Shown here piece after piece: positions 36,545-49,463 of a DNA stretch of 64,000 nucleotides. Positions within the stretch are counted from its first letter, which is position 1; every line of letters starts with the position of its first letter. A model generated the notes under the pieces. It saw only the letters and a program-made list of their open reading frames with translations, made no database searches and was not told the origin of the DNA. The translations under genes and the position numbers were made by a program. Origin of the DNA: Heptranchias perlo (Eukaryota); the NCBI RefSeq assembly GCF_035084215.1, contig NW_027138407.1, positions 930,001-994,000 on the forward strand, read 5' to 3'.

Positions 36545-36906
36545 NNNNNNNNNNNNNNNNNNNNNNNNNNNNNNNNNNNNNNNNNNNNNNNNNNNNNNNN
36601 NNNNNNNNNNNNNNNNNNNNNNNNNNNNNNNNNNNNNNNNNNNNNNNNNNNNNNNNNNNNNNNNNNNNNNNNNNNNNNNNNNNNNNNNNNNNNNNNNNNN
36701 NNNNNNNNNNNNNNTCATCAGCANNNNNNNNNNNNNNNNNNNNNNNNNNNNNNNNNNNNNNNNNNNNNNNNNNNNNNNNNNNNNNNNNNNNNNNNNNNNN
36801 NNNNNNNNNNNNNNNNNNNNNNNNNNNNNNNNNNNNNNNNNNNNNNNNNNNNNNNNNNNNNNNNNNNNNNNNNNNNNNNNNNNNNNNNNNNNNNNNNNNN
36901 NNNNNN
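36545..36906. other. N runs (36545-36714 and 36724-36906), probably an (ATC)n microsatellite in the V intron
   Basis: Flanked by ATC-like repeats. The paralogous intron at 45720-45790 contains (ATG)n/(ATT)n. Confidence 0.75.
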
Positions 36907-37009
36907 ATCACAATCACTATCATCATCATTTACCAAAAATAACATAACATTACATCAGTCAGGGGGAAATGTTTTTTTTTCTGGGAAGGAAATAGTTACT
37001 AAGAAGTTT

Positions 37010-37275
37010 AAAAAAAATTTCTTAATGGGATGTGGGCGTCGCTGGCAAGGCCAGCATTTATTGCCCATCCCTAATTACCCTTGAGAAGGTGGTGGTGAGC
37101 AGGCTTCTTGAACCGCTGCAGTCCGTGTGGTGAAGGTTCTCCCATAGTGCTGTTCGGTAGGGAGTTCCAGGATTTTGACCCAGCGACCATGAAGGAAAGG
37201 CGATATATTTCCAAGTCGGGATAGTGTGTGACTTGGAGGGGAACGTGCAGGTGGTGTTGTTCTGGAGGGGCACAG
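37010..37275 (-). mobile_element. LINE 3' end (same family as 14640-15005 and 57050-57420)
   Basis: HPDLEIYR.SF.VAGSKSWNSLPNS-like translation and an A-rich tail. Confidence 0.75.
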
Positions 37276-37541
37276 CTCACTCACGCTTAGTTAACTTATA
37301 AAGTTATTGAACTGTAAGAGGATGTATAACATTAATGAGCACAAATATGATATAAAAATAAATGTCACGTTAATTGATATTGAGAAAGTGTTAGTCAATA
37401 TTGGTTGATGTAACGTGACCGGCTGTGGGAAAAAGGCGGTCTCTGAGCGCCACCTGGCGGCTGGGTTTAAAGTATCTTCTTTGAGCTGATCTCACAAAAC
37501 ACGGTTACTGTACAAATTGTCCCGAGTCCCTTCTCATTGTG

Positions 37542-38269
37542 GGTCTCAGTGCACAGTAGTAGACGGCGCTATCAGCGAGTTGCAGCACAGTCAGGTTGAA
37601 AAAAGCCATTTCTCTTGACGTTTCCAGAATGACAGAGAAACATTCGTTAGATAGTGGGAGATCTTGTTATAATTCTGACGATAAAGCTGCAGTTGGTAGC
37701 TGGGATGAGAGGTTGAATAGTTACCATTAATGCTCATCGAGGTACTTTCCAGATATTGGGCTTCTGTTGGCTGCTGCCCGACGGAGTTTCAAGAACCCAG
37801 TCCTGCAGAAAACATTCCAGGTTACCCATGGAACTGATCACACGTATCTCCCACTTTAAAAACATATCTGTCTATCTCTCTGTTTATTCACAGGGAGACA
37901 AAGAGACAGAGAGAGAAAGTGTCAGATTAATGGCTAGACATAAATAGATAGACGAGAAAAAGAGAGACAGACAGAGAGACAGAGAGACAAACAGACAGAC
38001 AGACAGACAGAGAAACCGACAGAAAGATAGATAGAGAGACAGACAGAGAGAGTGTCAGACAGGCAGGGAGAGAGACAGACAGACTTCTACACAGACAGGT
38101 GGATAGACAGAGAGAACGACGAATGGAGGACAGTTGTATTCATAGTGGAATGGACAGACAGATCATATGTGTAAATAAATAAACCAATCAAATAACAAAG
38201 TGTAAGGCACAAAATACCGAAAATCCCAAAATCTATGGTCTGCAGTATTTCCACACTGAGACCCTGCAT
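37542..38269 (-). pseudogene. Degenerate TCR V pseudogene
   Basis: Putative leader 38269-38218 (..FGIF|G gt). Exon 37802-37542 is decayed at the 5' end but ends FFNLTVLQLADSAVYYCALRP. RSS CACAATG(37541-37535)-23-ACAGTAACC(37511-37503). Confidence 0.8.
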
Positions 38270-38421
38270 TTCACCCGGTGCCCCCTCTCAGTTGAAGTAT
38301 TCGGACTGAAAGGGAGAATTTGCACATTGACGCGAGAATTTTACTTGCGCCGCACTCGCTTCCAAAATACGTGCGCTGAGTGATTTCTTGTACGGGCTCC
38401 TCTCCTCTTTGTTTCACCGTG

Positions 38422-38702
38422 TCTCACTGCACTGTAATACACCGCAGCGTCTGACAGCCGGGCCGTGTTAACGGTGAGACTGGTGTAACTTTTCTCACCG
38501 TCCACATATACCTTAAACCGTCCCTGAACCTTTTCCTCTCTGAATGTGGAGATGAGATGCTGGGGAGCTTGATCGGAGAACTGCCGGTACCAGAAAACAA
38601 GTTCATTTGTAGCGAAAGTAGCGTTGTGTTGAATTGAAATGGTTTGTCCTTCGGTTCCCCGATACACCGGTATTTGTAACGTCTCCGAGGGACAAGAAAC
38701 AG
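38422..38702 (-). pseudogene. Open-frame V exon lacking both canonical cysteines; no clear leader
   Basis: ISIQHNAT..VFWYRQ..GRFKVY..DAAVYYSAVR. RSS CACGGTG(38421-38415)-23-ACAAGAAAT(38391-38383). Confidence 0.8.
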
Positions 38703-39096
38703 CTACCAATGTAAGAAAAATATTAGTTAACATAATGATATATGCAGAGAAGAATTAAACAAAGAGGCTGGATAGAGGCCGAATGAACTCTATCCATACA
38801 TCTATCTATCTATGTGCATGAGGCAGAAATCCTTGTCTGTTCGTCTGTGTACTTTGTATGTTGTACATCCAAACATAGAAAATCTCAGTTGATATGTTTC
38901 GCCGCGCTGTAATTGTAGGTATAGCCATTGGATCTTGCAACTTTATCCAGGTGTAAGTTTAAACACGGGAAAGTAATATTTCGGAATATCACTGACACTT
39001 CGAAAGGACTTGATCTGGGGAAAGGTTAACGGTGCAGCGGAGACAGGTTAGCAAACAAGATATTGTGCAGCTGGAGCCGCTCTTTGCCTCACTGTG

Positions 39097-39524
39097 TTCC
39101 CTTCGCACAGTAATACACTCCGGCGTCTCTGGGCGCGATGCCGTCTATAGAGATCGTGTTGGACTGTTTTGCTGGGTCAAAGGACAGTTTGTATCGTCCT
39201 GTAGTCGTATTCCCCCGGTATATGGAGCCGATAAATGTTGGCGCCCCTGTCAGTGCTTGTCTGTACCAGAATACGCTCTCACCACTAGCAATGGAGAGCC
39301 GGCAGACCAGTTCAGCCCGTTCCCCTTCCCGAAACATCACCTGGTCCGGGTGTGAGCTCTGATCCTCACACCGAACGGCTGTGGACAAAACAAATTCATT
39401 CAAGAACCACAAGGTATGAAGAGATTCGTTAAAATAATGCCTCTGACCATTAAATAAACTCACACAACATCAGCAGCACCAGGGTTCCAACTGGAATTAG
39501 GACTTTGCCGACGTTCTTGTTCAT
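39097..39524 (-). CDS. TCR alpha/delta-type V segment, apparently functional
   Basis: Leader 39524-39464 (MNKNVGKVLIPVGTLVLLML). V exon 39378-39097 ..ELVC..VFWYRQ..GRYKLSF..DAGVYYCAKG. RSS CACAGTG(39096-39090)-23-ACAATATCT(39066-39058). Perfect CRE TGACGTCA at 39680-39687. Confidence 0.92.
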
Positions 39525-41346
39525 GGCGATGAAGATGGACAAATGGCGGATCAATATGGGTGCTGAACGTGCAATGGTGGGGAAGGGGAAGAGAGGGGAG
39601 AGATTTACGTTCTCCCCGTACAGTACGAGACTGATAGGCGACAGTCTCACCAATCGGCTTAATATGGGAATTTGTCACCTGACGTCATTCAGAGCCCCAC
39701 TCAGGGATTGGCCGTCTCTCAATCCAAAGAACTCTTGAACTGTCACTGGGAATGGAGTTGTCTGGTCGCTGTGTGTAGCGACAGATTAAATTGGTCAAGA
39801 AGATTTGATCTCCGTTGTATTTCGAACTCAAATGACCATCGCTCTCATAGAATCATAGAATTTCACAGCACTGAGGAAGGCTATCCAGCCCACCATCACT
39901 GTGATGGCTCTCTAAAAGAGTGAACGATTTAGCCCCAATCCCTTTGCCTGATTCCCATATGTTATTGTTTCTTTACTCTTTTTTTTCAAATATCTATCCA
40001 CTTGACTCTTAAAGTTGAGCATCGATTATGTTCCCATCACCTAACCATCCTCTGTGGAAAAATACTAAAATCTTCTAACCTCTCCCTTCGTTAAATTAGT
40101 AATGATCTGAAATGATGCCCACTGGACGACTAGTCAGATTAAGCGTTTCTTTTTAGCGGTTTCCAAACCTTTTCTATTTGTGAGCTCCTCTGTCAGACCG
40201 CTTTTAAACCCTCCCTGTTCTCGTGAAAAGTGTCCCAGTTACTCAAGTCTCCCCTCAGAACTAACGTCTCCCACATCCAGTTCATCTTTCCCAATATCTC
40301 CTTCACCTTGTCCTTCACTTTGACGTTATCCTAAGGTAGAGCCCTCGAAACTAAACCAATTATTCTATCTGTGGTCTCACCAATGATTTGTGCCGGTTAA
40401 GGATTACCTCTTTGTGTTTAGCGATCCCTGCCCCTGCTTATAACCCTCTGAGTCTTTGACCCTTTTACAGCATCATCAGTTTGTTCCCCAATTTCTATAT
40501 CTGAACCCTCAAATCTTTCTCCTCCTTTATTCCTTTAAATAAATATTTACTTACAATTTCCCTTTCGTTATTCGTCTACTTTATATTTACGGTGTCGTCC
40601 ATATGATCTCTACTCTGTATGCTTCCTTTGTATAAGAGAAACCGAAGCGGCAATTTCTGGAGCTGGCTTGTACTTTTGGCAATTTCTAATTGTCCTTTAG
40701 GTCCTGACTGGGCTGGCGCGTCACCTAGTGGCGGATTCGCGTCAATACGCGTCTGTCGATTTTGTCAAAGGAGGTATTCAGTCCCTGAAATATTTGTAAT
40801 TTTTTTCGATTTATTTTACCGTGAAGAGCATGATCACTGCGGGGAGATATTAACCCACCACATTAACCCAATATAATATTGTGAAAACTTCCATTTTTAT
40901 TTGATTTGATTTGAAGTGACAATAAATAATAAAAATGACGAAGTCCTAAAAATTATACAAAGTTTATTCTAAATTCATTTTTGGGATGTGAGCGTCACTG
41001 GTAAGCCCGAAATTTATTGCCCATCCCTAATTGCCCCTGAGACTGTCTGGAACTCGCTAACCGAGTTTTTAATAATATGAAGCGATCCTATTTCATGTAT
41101 CCCAGTGAAATCACGGTTCCTGAGTAACCCAACCCCCACTGGGATTCCTACAAGTGTGTCCACCTAAAGTGGCGCCACCATTAAACTGTCTTCACCCCTT
41201 GAGATCGTTTTCAGTTGGCATTGAATGTCCATACTGCAATTCTGAATGCTTCGTTTGTAAAGGAACACTCAAGATGGTGAGGATGAATGTACTGAACTCG
41301 TGACTATATTTATTGTGCAGGATGCCTCACCGTTTGTCCCAATGTG

Positions 41347-41607
41347 CACCTTCCCAATTTAATACATCCCAGAGACTCAATCCGCGTTTTCCGGCACAGC
41401 AAAAATGTTATAACTTGTCGTTATGTCAACAAACACCTCGAACCGCCCGCTTCTGTCGGTTGTATTGCCCTGGAAGGCGGAGATTATAAATTCTTGTGCC
41501 CGTCCCGATAATTGCCGGCACCACATGATCATTTCCTTCCTCCTGGTAGTGGCATCGCACCTCCTTCACCTACTCGGTTTGTGATATTCCATCCTCACCT
41601 CGGGCCC
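41347..41607 (-). pseudogene. TCR V pseudogene related to 24071-24470 (not in the ORF track)
   Basis: CDATTRRKEMIMWCRQLSGRAQEFIISAFQGNTTDRSGRFEVFVDITTSYNIF..*..MY*. RSS CACATTG(41346-41340)-23-ACAATAAAT(41316-41308). Confidence 0.82.
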
Positions 41608-43409
41608 CTGTTAATAAAAGAGAAACATGCAACACTGTCAATAGGTTTCTTTTCCAATCCAGTCTTCTTAATTCAGAAGAGTCAGGTGATTAACTAAAGG
41701 TGATTGTCCCAATTCGATGCATGGTATTTCAGGATATTGGTTTTGAAATTCCAGCGATATTGATTATCTGAAAATCTGTCTGTATCATCGATCGATTCGG
41801 TAATCGTCGCTTTAATTTGCCAGCGGCTGGGAAAGGCGGCCGTCTGTTATATCTTTGTTCTTCAGCGTCCAATAATCAGACGGCTGACTTGTTTCTCCCC
41901 GACACGTCGGATAATCGACCTGGTTTGACTTTGTAAACGGCAAAAGCGATTGATGTCTATTCACTCTGGCGGGAGAATCGGGTCCTTGCAATGGGTCCGA
42001 AGCAATCCTTTCACCCTCTGGGTCTCTGTTCAAATCCGGCCAGAAAAAAGGGGATGGACACCACCCGTTCTGGTTGGGGCTGTGGTGAGCAACGTGTCAG
42101 ACAGATTGCCTTTTCAGCCACCGGGGTTACCGAGCACAAGGGGAGAAAATGAACGTTTGCTGTCTCGTTAAGTGGACTTACCAGGCCGAGAGAGAAAACA
42201 CAAAATAGACAATTATGGCGGATGAAATTTAATCAATAAGAGTAAAATATTGTACATAAGAAAGGAAATTAGTCAAGCTACATAATGTACTTCATGAGCA
42301 GTGCTGAAATAGCTATGGAAGAATTTGAAAGAGAGCTGGGAATGTAAAGGCCTCACATGTGCATGGAATGCAGTGGAGAACACGTGGGATGTCGCCAGGA
42401 TGTGGATTCATTTTACAGGGGATGTTTACATTGACAGCATCCAAAGCATTTAATATCTCCTGTCGAAGTTTGTTTAACTGCAGCATTCTGCTGAGCAACA
42501 CGCATACAATATATGTGTAAGGAAATGACTTAAATCATAAAGTAGCCTTTGAAAATTATATGAATCCGCTTCTCCACAACAACCGTGTTACTCCCAGACT
42601 CGCGAAAGACAGTGCTGGGTTAATAGACTGCTGCAAAAATCATAATTGAGCAGGAATAAAACTGTGATGGTAAAAGCAGATGTTGGAAAATATAACAAAA
42701 TCCCAACCAATTCCGAAGTTAATTGTAATTACGAATGAGAATCGCCATTATTTCCAAACAGTCAACTAATGTGTGAAATTATTAAACTGTAAGGGAACGA
42801 TATAATATTAACGAACATAAATTTGAGAGTTGAAAAGGAATTTATTGTTAATTTATATTAAAACAGATGTCTGTCCATATAGGTTGATGCAATGTCAGCA
42901 GCGGTGGGAAACAACGGTCTGTCATCGCCACCTGGTGGCCGAGTTTAAAGTAACTTGTTCTCGATTTGTGTTCTCTGTTCCCATTTCCGGGTCTGAATCA
43001 GAATAAATCGCTGATGCTTCGTTGCATGTCCTTTCCACCCCACCACCCAACAATGGTGAGTCTGGACCTCCCCTCACAGGTTCACTTTGTGAGTCGCAGA
43101 GACGCTTGTGTGACGGGCACAGTCTTGTGGTGTCCGGCTCAGATTAATACAAGAAAGCGCTGTCTGCTCCTGGAGCCTCCATCGGCCTGGCTCTGCCGAC
43201 AGTTACTTTACAGAAGTCCATAGAAGCCGACATTAACCGAGCTTCACTTTAGTATTTATCTCTCTGCATTTCATACTCTCCCCTCCGTGTGAATATGGTC
43301 ACAATTGCTGTCTGTTAGGAATATTTTACATATTATATTTATTTACATACATTTATAAATATATTATATTGCATTATATTATATTACATTGTATATATAT
43401 ACTTCGCAG

Positions 43410-43682
43410 ATGTCACTGGCAGTGAAGAGGTACCGCACCCTCCCGAGTCGATGGTAGTTATCGAGGGAGGGACTGCATCGATGAACTGTTCCATGACAGT
43501 CACAGAACAGATCCTAAAATGATACAGACAATACCCGAACTTAACCGTGCAGCAGCTGGCGACAGGTATCACCAATCGGAACAGGATCAAGGCTCGGTTC
43601 ATTTCAACAGAGAAGCGCAGTACTCTAACTGTTAGCGGCGCGTTTGTGACGGACACCGCCATCTATTTCTGTGCGGTGGAGA
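43410..43682 (+). pseudogene. TCR V pseudogene (conserved Trp mutated to TGA)
   Basis: EGGTASMNCS..LK*YRQYP (TGA 43520-43522)..DTAIYFCAVE. RSS CACAAAG(43683-43689)-23-ACAAAAAAC(43713-43721). Confidence 0.85.
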
Positions 43683-43985
43683 CACAAAGCAGCGAAGATC
43701 GTTAGAGACCGAACAAAAAACGTGACGGGTGTTACTAACCGCTCGCATCCTGTGCCGTTATCTGAGCTGAATTTACTCTTTAATATCTGGCTAGAAGGGT
43801 CAACATATTGAACATATCCTGCTGTTTTCTGGCGAAATCTAAACCAGACACCATGTGCTCACCATATTCCTTCCTGATAATAATGGTCGCGCCGACCTGT
43901 GAATCATCTATGTTTATTTGGTCAATGTGTGTTTCATGGGTTCTATTTACTGCCAGACTTTTGATACATTCTCTATGTTGTTACG

Positions 43986-44185
43986 GGAATCAGTTGTAAA
44001 GACTCAGTGTACTCGGATCCGTCTGAATCAATGAGAAGATACACTGCCCCAACTTTCTTCTGGTACATCAGGGGAAGCCCCAACATATTTACTGATGAGA
44101 TCCGGCTCGGGGCACGGAGATAAATCTCCAGGTTTTCCAGACCGGTTCTCTGCTGATTTAGACAAAGACAAGAATGCAACTCTTT
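43986..44185 (+). pseudogene. Degenerate V fragment
   Basis: GISCKDSV..FFWY.. and, after a frameshift, YLLMRSGSG..GFPDRFSADLDKDK. No YYC or RSS. Confidence 0.6.
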
Positions 44186-44329
44186 GCTACAGATACCTGA
44201 CAGTTTATCGTCTCCGTAGGTTTGGGATTAAACAAACCCCACAGATCAAAAACAACAAAGAAACTTAATGAAGCTGTAAATACTCGCTGAGGTTTTTGTA
44301 CGGGGCCTTTGCTTTTATCTGACGCTGTG

Positions 44330-44857
44330 CCTCACTGCACAGTAATAGACCGCCCCATCCTCCACACTCAGGCCGCTTATGTTGAGGTAACCGTACTTCT
44401 TAGGCTTGTCAACAGCCGCCAGATATTGTCCTGAGATTTCGTCTTCCTTCAGTGCTGTTTGTTTGCTAATTATCCAGATTGGAGGCTGTGCCGTTTTCTG
44501 CCGATACCATTGCATGTTGTAAATATTTGGGTCTGTATATTCGCAATGTAATTGCACCGAACCCCCTTCTGACACGGCTATTGTCACCGGAGACTGAGTG
44601 ACCAGATCTGCACATCGTCCTTCTGTGAAAATAGCGACACAAAAGAACAGGAGGTTAAACAAGATCGATTAAAACTTGTATCTATCTGTGTGTGTGTGTA
44701 ACCTTCCATCTCCCAAGCTCTCCATCAAATGGATAGTTCTGATTGGTAATTGCACCGAATCCCCGCACAAGCTTTTTGCATCAATCTGCTAACCTGTGTT
44801 GTTTAATATAATTCAATACTTACTGCCCAATACAACCGCCAGTATTATTAAAAACAT
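44330..44857 (-). CDS. TCR alpha/delta-type V segment, apparently functional (inverted paralog of 3069-3591)
   Basis: Leader 44857-44824 (MFLIILAVVLG). V exon 44622-44330: DLVTQSP..LHC..MQWYRQ..DGAVYYCAVR. RSS CACAGCG(44329-44323)-23-ACAAAAACC(44299-44291). Confidence 0.93.
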
Positions 44858-45604
44858 GTCTGACTCAATCCCTCACAGTGACTTGGAACTGAATGAGCCG
44901 GAGATTGAGAAGACAAGGTAACCCGGGGACTGTTCAGCTCATTGTTCACCTACACAGGGGAAGGGGCACGGCCGACAGTGGCGTCACTCAGGCTACGATC
45001 GCTATTGGCTTTAGGGTTTGCATCACGTGACTTTCTAATTACCATGCCTGCGTTTGGCGCCCCCTGCTGGCGGATTCTTTCAAATTTGATTTCGATTGAG
45101 GTCATTGCAGGGGCTGAGGATTTATGGATCACATATAAAAATACTTGTACCCAGATATTGTCTCTCAATGATCTAGAATAGAACTAATTAAACCCGCGTA
45201 CTATTTCTGATACTGGGTAATCCCTTCATCTTCCTCCCATTCTATTTATTTCCAGTCACTTGATCAGTGAGCAGAATCATTTTGGCCACTAATCTTCAAG
45301 ACCCAACCATCGCCATTTTCGCTCCATCAGCTTCGAATGCAGCTGAGCGGCACCGCGCACTTTCTGCGGTTGCACAGAGACTTGAAATTGTGCAATTCTG
45401 AGACTGCGGCACCCCCGCCAACAGTTTCCGTTTGCTGCTCTCTCTCTCTCTGACTCGCCTTTCCAGCCCTGTGTAATTGGAGAGATCACTACAGCTGTCC
45501 GTGTTTGGCATTGGTTGGATCAGCTGTGCAGTGGGGCGGGGATCTGTATTTCTGCTCCGACGGAGGATTTCTGGGACTGCAAAGTTACAGATTCCGGGAG
45601 TATC

Positions 45605-46097
45605 ATGCGTAACCGTCTCCCACCGCTGGTCATCATTATATCACTTCTCAGTAAGTATTTCCTTCACGGTAAAAATCCATTCTCCCCCGACTGCTGTAAT
45701 CCCGATGTTATTATTGGTGAAATGATGATGATAGCGATGATGATAATGATGATGGTGATGATGATGATAGCCATTACTATTATTATATTTTAGAATGGAG
45801 CCACCAAGAGACAGTGGAACAGCCGGTTCCTGAAATGATGGTTCAAGAGCAAAGTAATGTCACATTAACCTGCACCTTGAAAACAAGCGATGGTAACCCT
45901 TATGTTTACTGGTACAGCCAGCAGACCGGGAAGCCTCCACAGTACGTTCTCCGGCTGATCGGAGGAACGATAAACCGGAATCTGGACGTCACTCACCGAT
46001 TTTCTTCTACGTTTGATAAAACTTCCAAGGTTACCGAGCTAACGATCGGCAATACCCAGATCTCCGACGCCGCAGTCTATTTCTGTGCTATGAAGCC
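45605..46097 (+). CDS. TCR alpha/delta-type V segment, open frame, 24-bp RSS spacer
   Basis: Leader 45605-45650 (MRNRLPPLVIIISLL). V exon 45794-46097: TVEQP..LTCT..VYWYSQ..DAAVYFCAMK. RSS CACAGTG(46098-46104)-24-ACAAAATCC(46129-46137). Confidence 0.88.
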
Positions 46098-46869
46098 CAC
46101 AGTGCTGCAGAGATATAGCGGATCCCGTACAAAATCCTACACTGAGAGTTGCAGTTATTATTCACCAGAGGGCGCTCTCACGCCAATAAACAGAAGCAAT
46201 AATTAAGGCTCCACAGTGAGAGTCACAGGGGGGCTTCTTAAAAGGGCAAACAAATCACAACACTCAACAAGAACAGGTGAGGTCCATTTGCGGAATTATA
46301 TTAGTTGGTGATTTCAATGCGCATTTATGCTAAAAATGAACTTCACAATTTCATCTGCAGTGCCTTATCTCACCTTTTGTCTATCGATGCCCTCCCCGTG
46401 CCTACCTGCAATATTGTGCAGCCCTTTATGCATTTCCCTCTCAGTTAACCAAACCTTTTGATCGTGGCCTGGACACAAGCTCTATTTGATCAGAGTATGT
46501 TTCTGGGTCAGATACAGTTTAGACATAATGAACAGATTTCACAAGGTAGCGATTGTGCTCTTTAAAATGTGCCACAAGCACAGAATTCCCCCAAAGTCCA
46601 TTCTCCTTCAGGATGTTTCTTCAATGCTATAATGTTTTCTGCCGTCATTAACAGTCCTGTGCTTCACGGTTACAATAATCATACAAGGATTTCATTCTCA
46701 CCCCCGGTCTCTAAAATTGGAGCCATTCCCCCTTTAAGGACACTGATTGTAGCCAAGCTTGGTGTGTTTCCATTTACTGGCAGCAAACTCACTACCTACA
46801 GGTTGCACACACGAATGTGGACACAAGGAAGTGAGGTGAGAGCATCCTGAGACACGACAGCACATCACA

Positions 46870-47880
46870 GTAAAAGAGGAGGTAGTTGAGATACTGGCTG
46901 TGCTAAAACTTGATAAAGAGAAGATACTATAAAGGCTGGCTGTACTTAAAATAGATGGAAAATTGCAGATGACACAAAACTTGGAAGTGTAATGAATAGT
47001 GAGGAGGATAGCGATAGACTTCCAGAGGACATAGACAGGCTGATGGAATGTACAGGCACATGGCAGAAGAAATTTAACGCAGAGAATGGCAAAGTGATAC
47101 ATTTTGGTAGGAAGAACGAGTAGAGGAATCACAAACTAAAGGGTACAATTCTGAAGGGGGTGCAGGGACAGATAGACCTGGGGGTATATGCGCACAGATC
47201 GTTGACGGTGGCAGGGCAGGTTGAGAAAGCTGTTAAAAAGGCATATGGGATGCTGGACTTTATAAATAGAGGCATAGAGTACAAAAGCAAGGAAGTTATG
47301 ATGAACCTTTATATAACTCTGGTTCGGCCACAACTGAAGTATTGTGTCCAATTCTGGGCACCGCACTTTAGGAAGGTTGTGAAGGCTTTGGACTGACTGC
47401 CAAAAATATTTACTGGAATGATTCCAGGGATGAAAGACTTCAGCTACGTGGATAGACTGGAGAAGCTGGGATTTTTCTCCTCAGAGCAGAGAAGGTTGAG
47501 AGGAAATTTGATAGTGGTATTTAAAAGCATGAGGGGTCTAGATAGAGTAGATGGAGAGAAACTGGTACCATTGGCGGAAGAGTCAAGAACGGGAGGACAT
47601 AGTTTTAAGGTGATTAGCAAAAGAACCATAGGTGACATGAGGAAAATCTTTTTTTCACAACGAGTGATTATGATCTGCAACGCACTGCCTGAGGGGGTGG
47701 TGGAGGCAGATTCAATCGTGGCTTTCAAAAGGGAATTGGAAAATTACATGAAGCGACATAATTTGCAGCGCTTGTGGGAAAGAACTGGAGAGTGGAATTA
47801 GCTGGATTGCTCGTGCAGAGAGCACACAGGGGCTCGACGGGCCGAATGGCCTCCTTCTGTGCTCTAACCATTCTATGATT
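46870..47880 (+). mobile_element. CR1-like LINE, RT C-terminal part and 3' tail
   Basis: ADDTKL-like motif near 46965, LYITLVRPQLKYCVQFWAP, RRLRGNLI, and the CR1 tail. Confidence 0.88.
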
Positions 47881-49463
47881 ATATGATTTAGGGCGGGGAT
47901 TAGAACGGGTGTCTTCAAATATCTAACCCCCGTTTTACAGAGCGGACAGCGACAAAGCTGAGTAGAATCCCGGGCAGATGCAGCCATAATGTGTAGCGCT
48001 CAGTCAGGCGCTCAAACTCATACCAAGAGGAAATCAAATTAATCTCGGAACAAACAGGCACCCAACTGTTTCCAGCAGCGGCCGAAAAGATAAACTGCAG
48101 GGTCCAATTGGTCCGAAAGAGCGATAACAGAGGCTCGAGTACATAATCTAGGCTGACATTACCAGCGCCAGTACTGAGGGAGTGCTGCACTGTCGGAGGT
48201 GTCGTGTTTCGGATGAGATGTTAAACTGAGGTCGCGTCTGCCCTTCTCAGGTGGACGTAAAAGGTCCCACGCCACTTTAGGAAGACGAGCAGGGGAGTTC
48301 TCCCGGTGTCCTGCGCTAAATTTATCCCACAACCAACAGATTATCTCGTCATTAACAGGTTGCTGATTCTGGGATCTTGCTGTGCACAAATTGGCTGCCG
48401 CGTTTCTTACAAACAACATTAAACTGTGTTTTTGCTGAGAAAGAGTTCACTGCAAAGTGGGCGATGTGATGTGCTTCGTGTCCACGAATCTCAAAGGAAA
48501 AATTAATGCGTGTTTAACAAGGGTGATGCCCCTGAACTTTCTCCTCGTTCACAAACCTTTAAATGAAAGTAAACTTATTTTTCCATCGGAATGAAATGAC
48601 AGGGAGAAATTAAACCGTCGTTTCCTGCAGTGAGACAGCGCGGTTTGCTCCCCACAACACAACATCGCGGGCCAATGAGCTGTAAGGCTCCGACCGTTAA
48701 ACCTCTGTCTGTGGCCGAATAGCTGATTTCTACTTCACAATTCTCCAACCGAACACCAGCTTTTTCCAAGAGTAACGTTTTACTTTGTATTATTTTCTAT
48801 CATTTGCACTGTAAACGGTGCCTGAGTCCTGTAAATAAAACAACGCTGCAAGTTCACCTGAGTAGCTTCTCAATGGCTGCAACATGGAGAGAGGGAGAGA
48901 GACAGAGAGAGAGGCAGAATTAGAGAGAAGAAGAGAGATAATCACTAATCACTAATCATACTAAGATGGTTGATGGGAGTCCGGTTTAATCAACCTTCTC
49001 CTGGGGACACACAAGGGGAAGATTTCCTCTGGTCTCTGTGGAAATCTCCTCTGAAAGTTCTTTTAGAAATGCGCTCACGATTTCGTTAGAAATAGAGACC
49101 AGAGGATAAGCTGCCGCATAGAGCGGATAGTGCAGTGTAAAGACGAATTTTGCAGGACAATAAACTTAATGGTCGCAGCGAGTCGTCAAACGCCGGCAGA
49201 AATTAAACAAACACTCAGCAAAGTGCCCGAATAGGATCGGGCCCATTGAATAAAATCCTAAAGCTCTGCGGGTCAAAGGAGCTTCAGCTGACCTATGACC
49301 CTTATTTGAATCTAATTTCAATATTTGGCGGGTTTATTGGAGGTCACGTCATTGGGGGAATAACGTCATGAGACCAGGAAGTGAGGTTGACCCAATAGGA
49401 GCCACTATTTGAGTCCGGGATGAGCTTTTAAAGGGGACGACAGATTCGGGCTGGGCAGCAGCC

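Noticed and set aside
36317-36945. Long poly-X ORFs
   Set aside because: Artefacts of the N runs; only the V pseudogene part is real.
38422-39524. NAR-TCR-type two-V cassette
   Set aside because: No D, J or 12-RSS lies between the two Vs, and neither resembles an IgNAR-type V.
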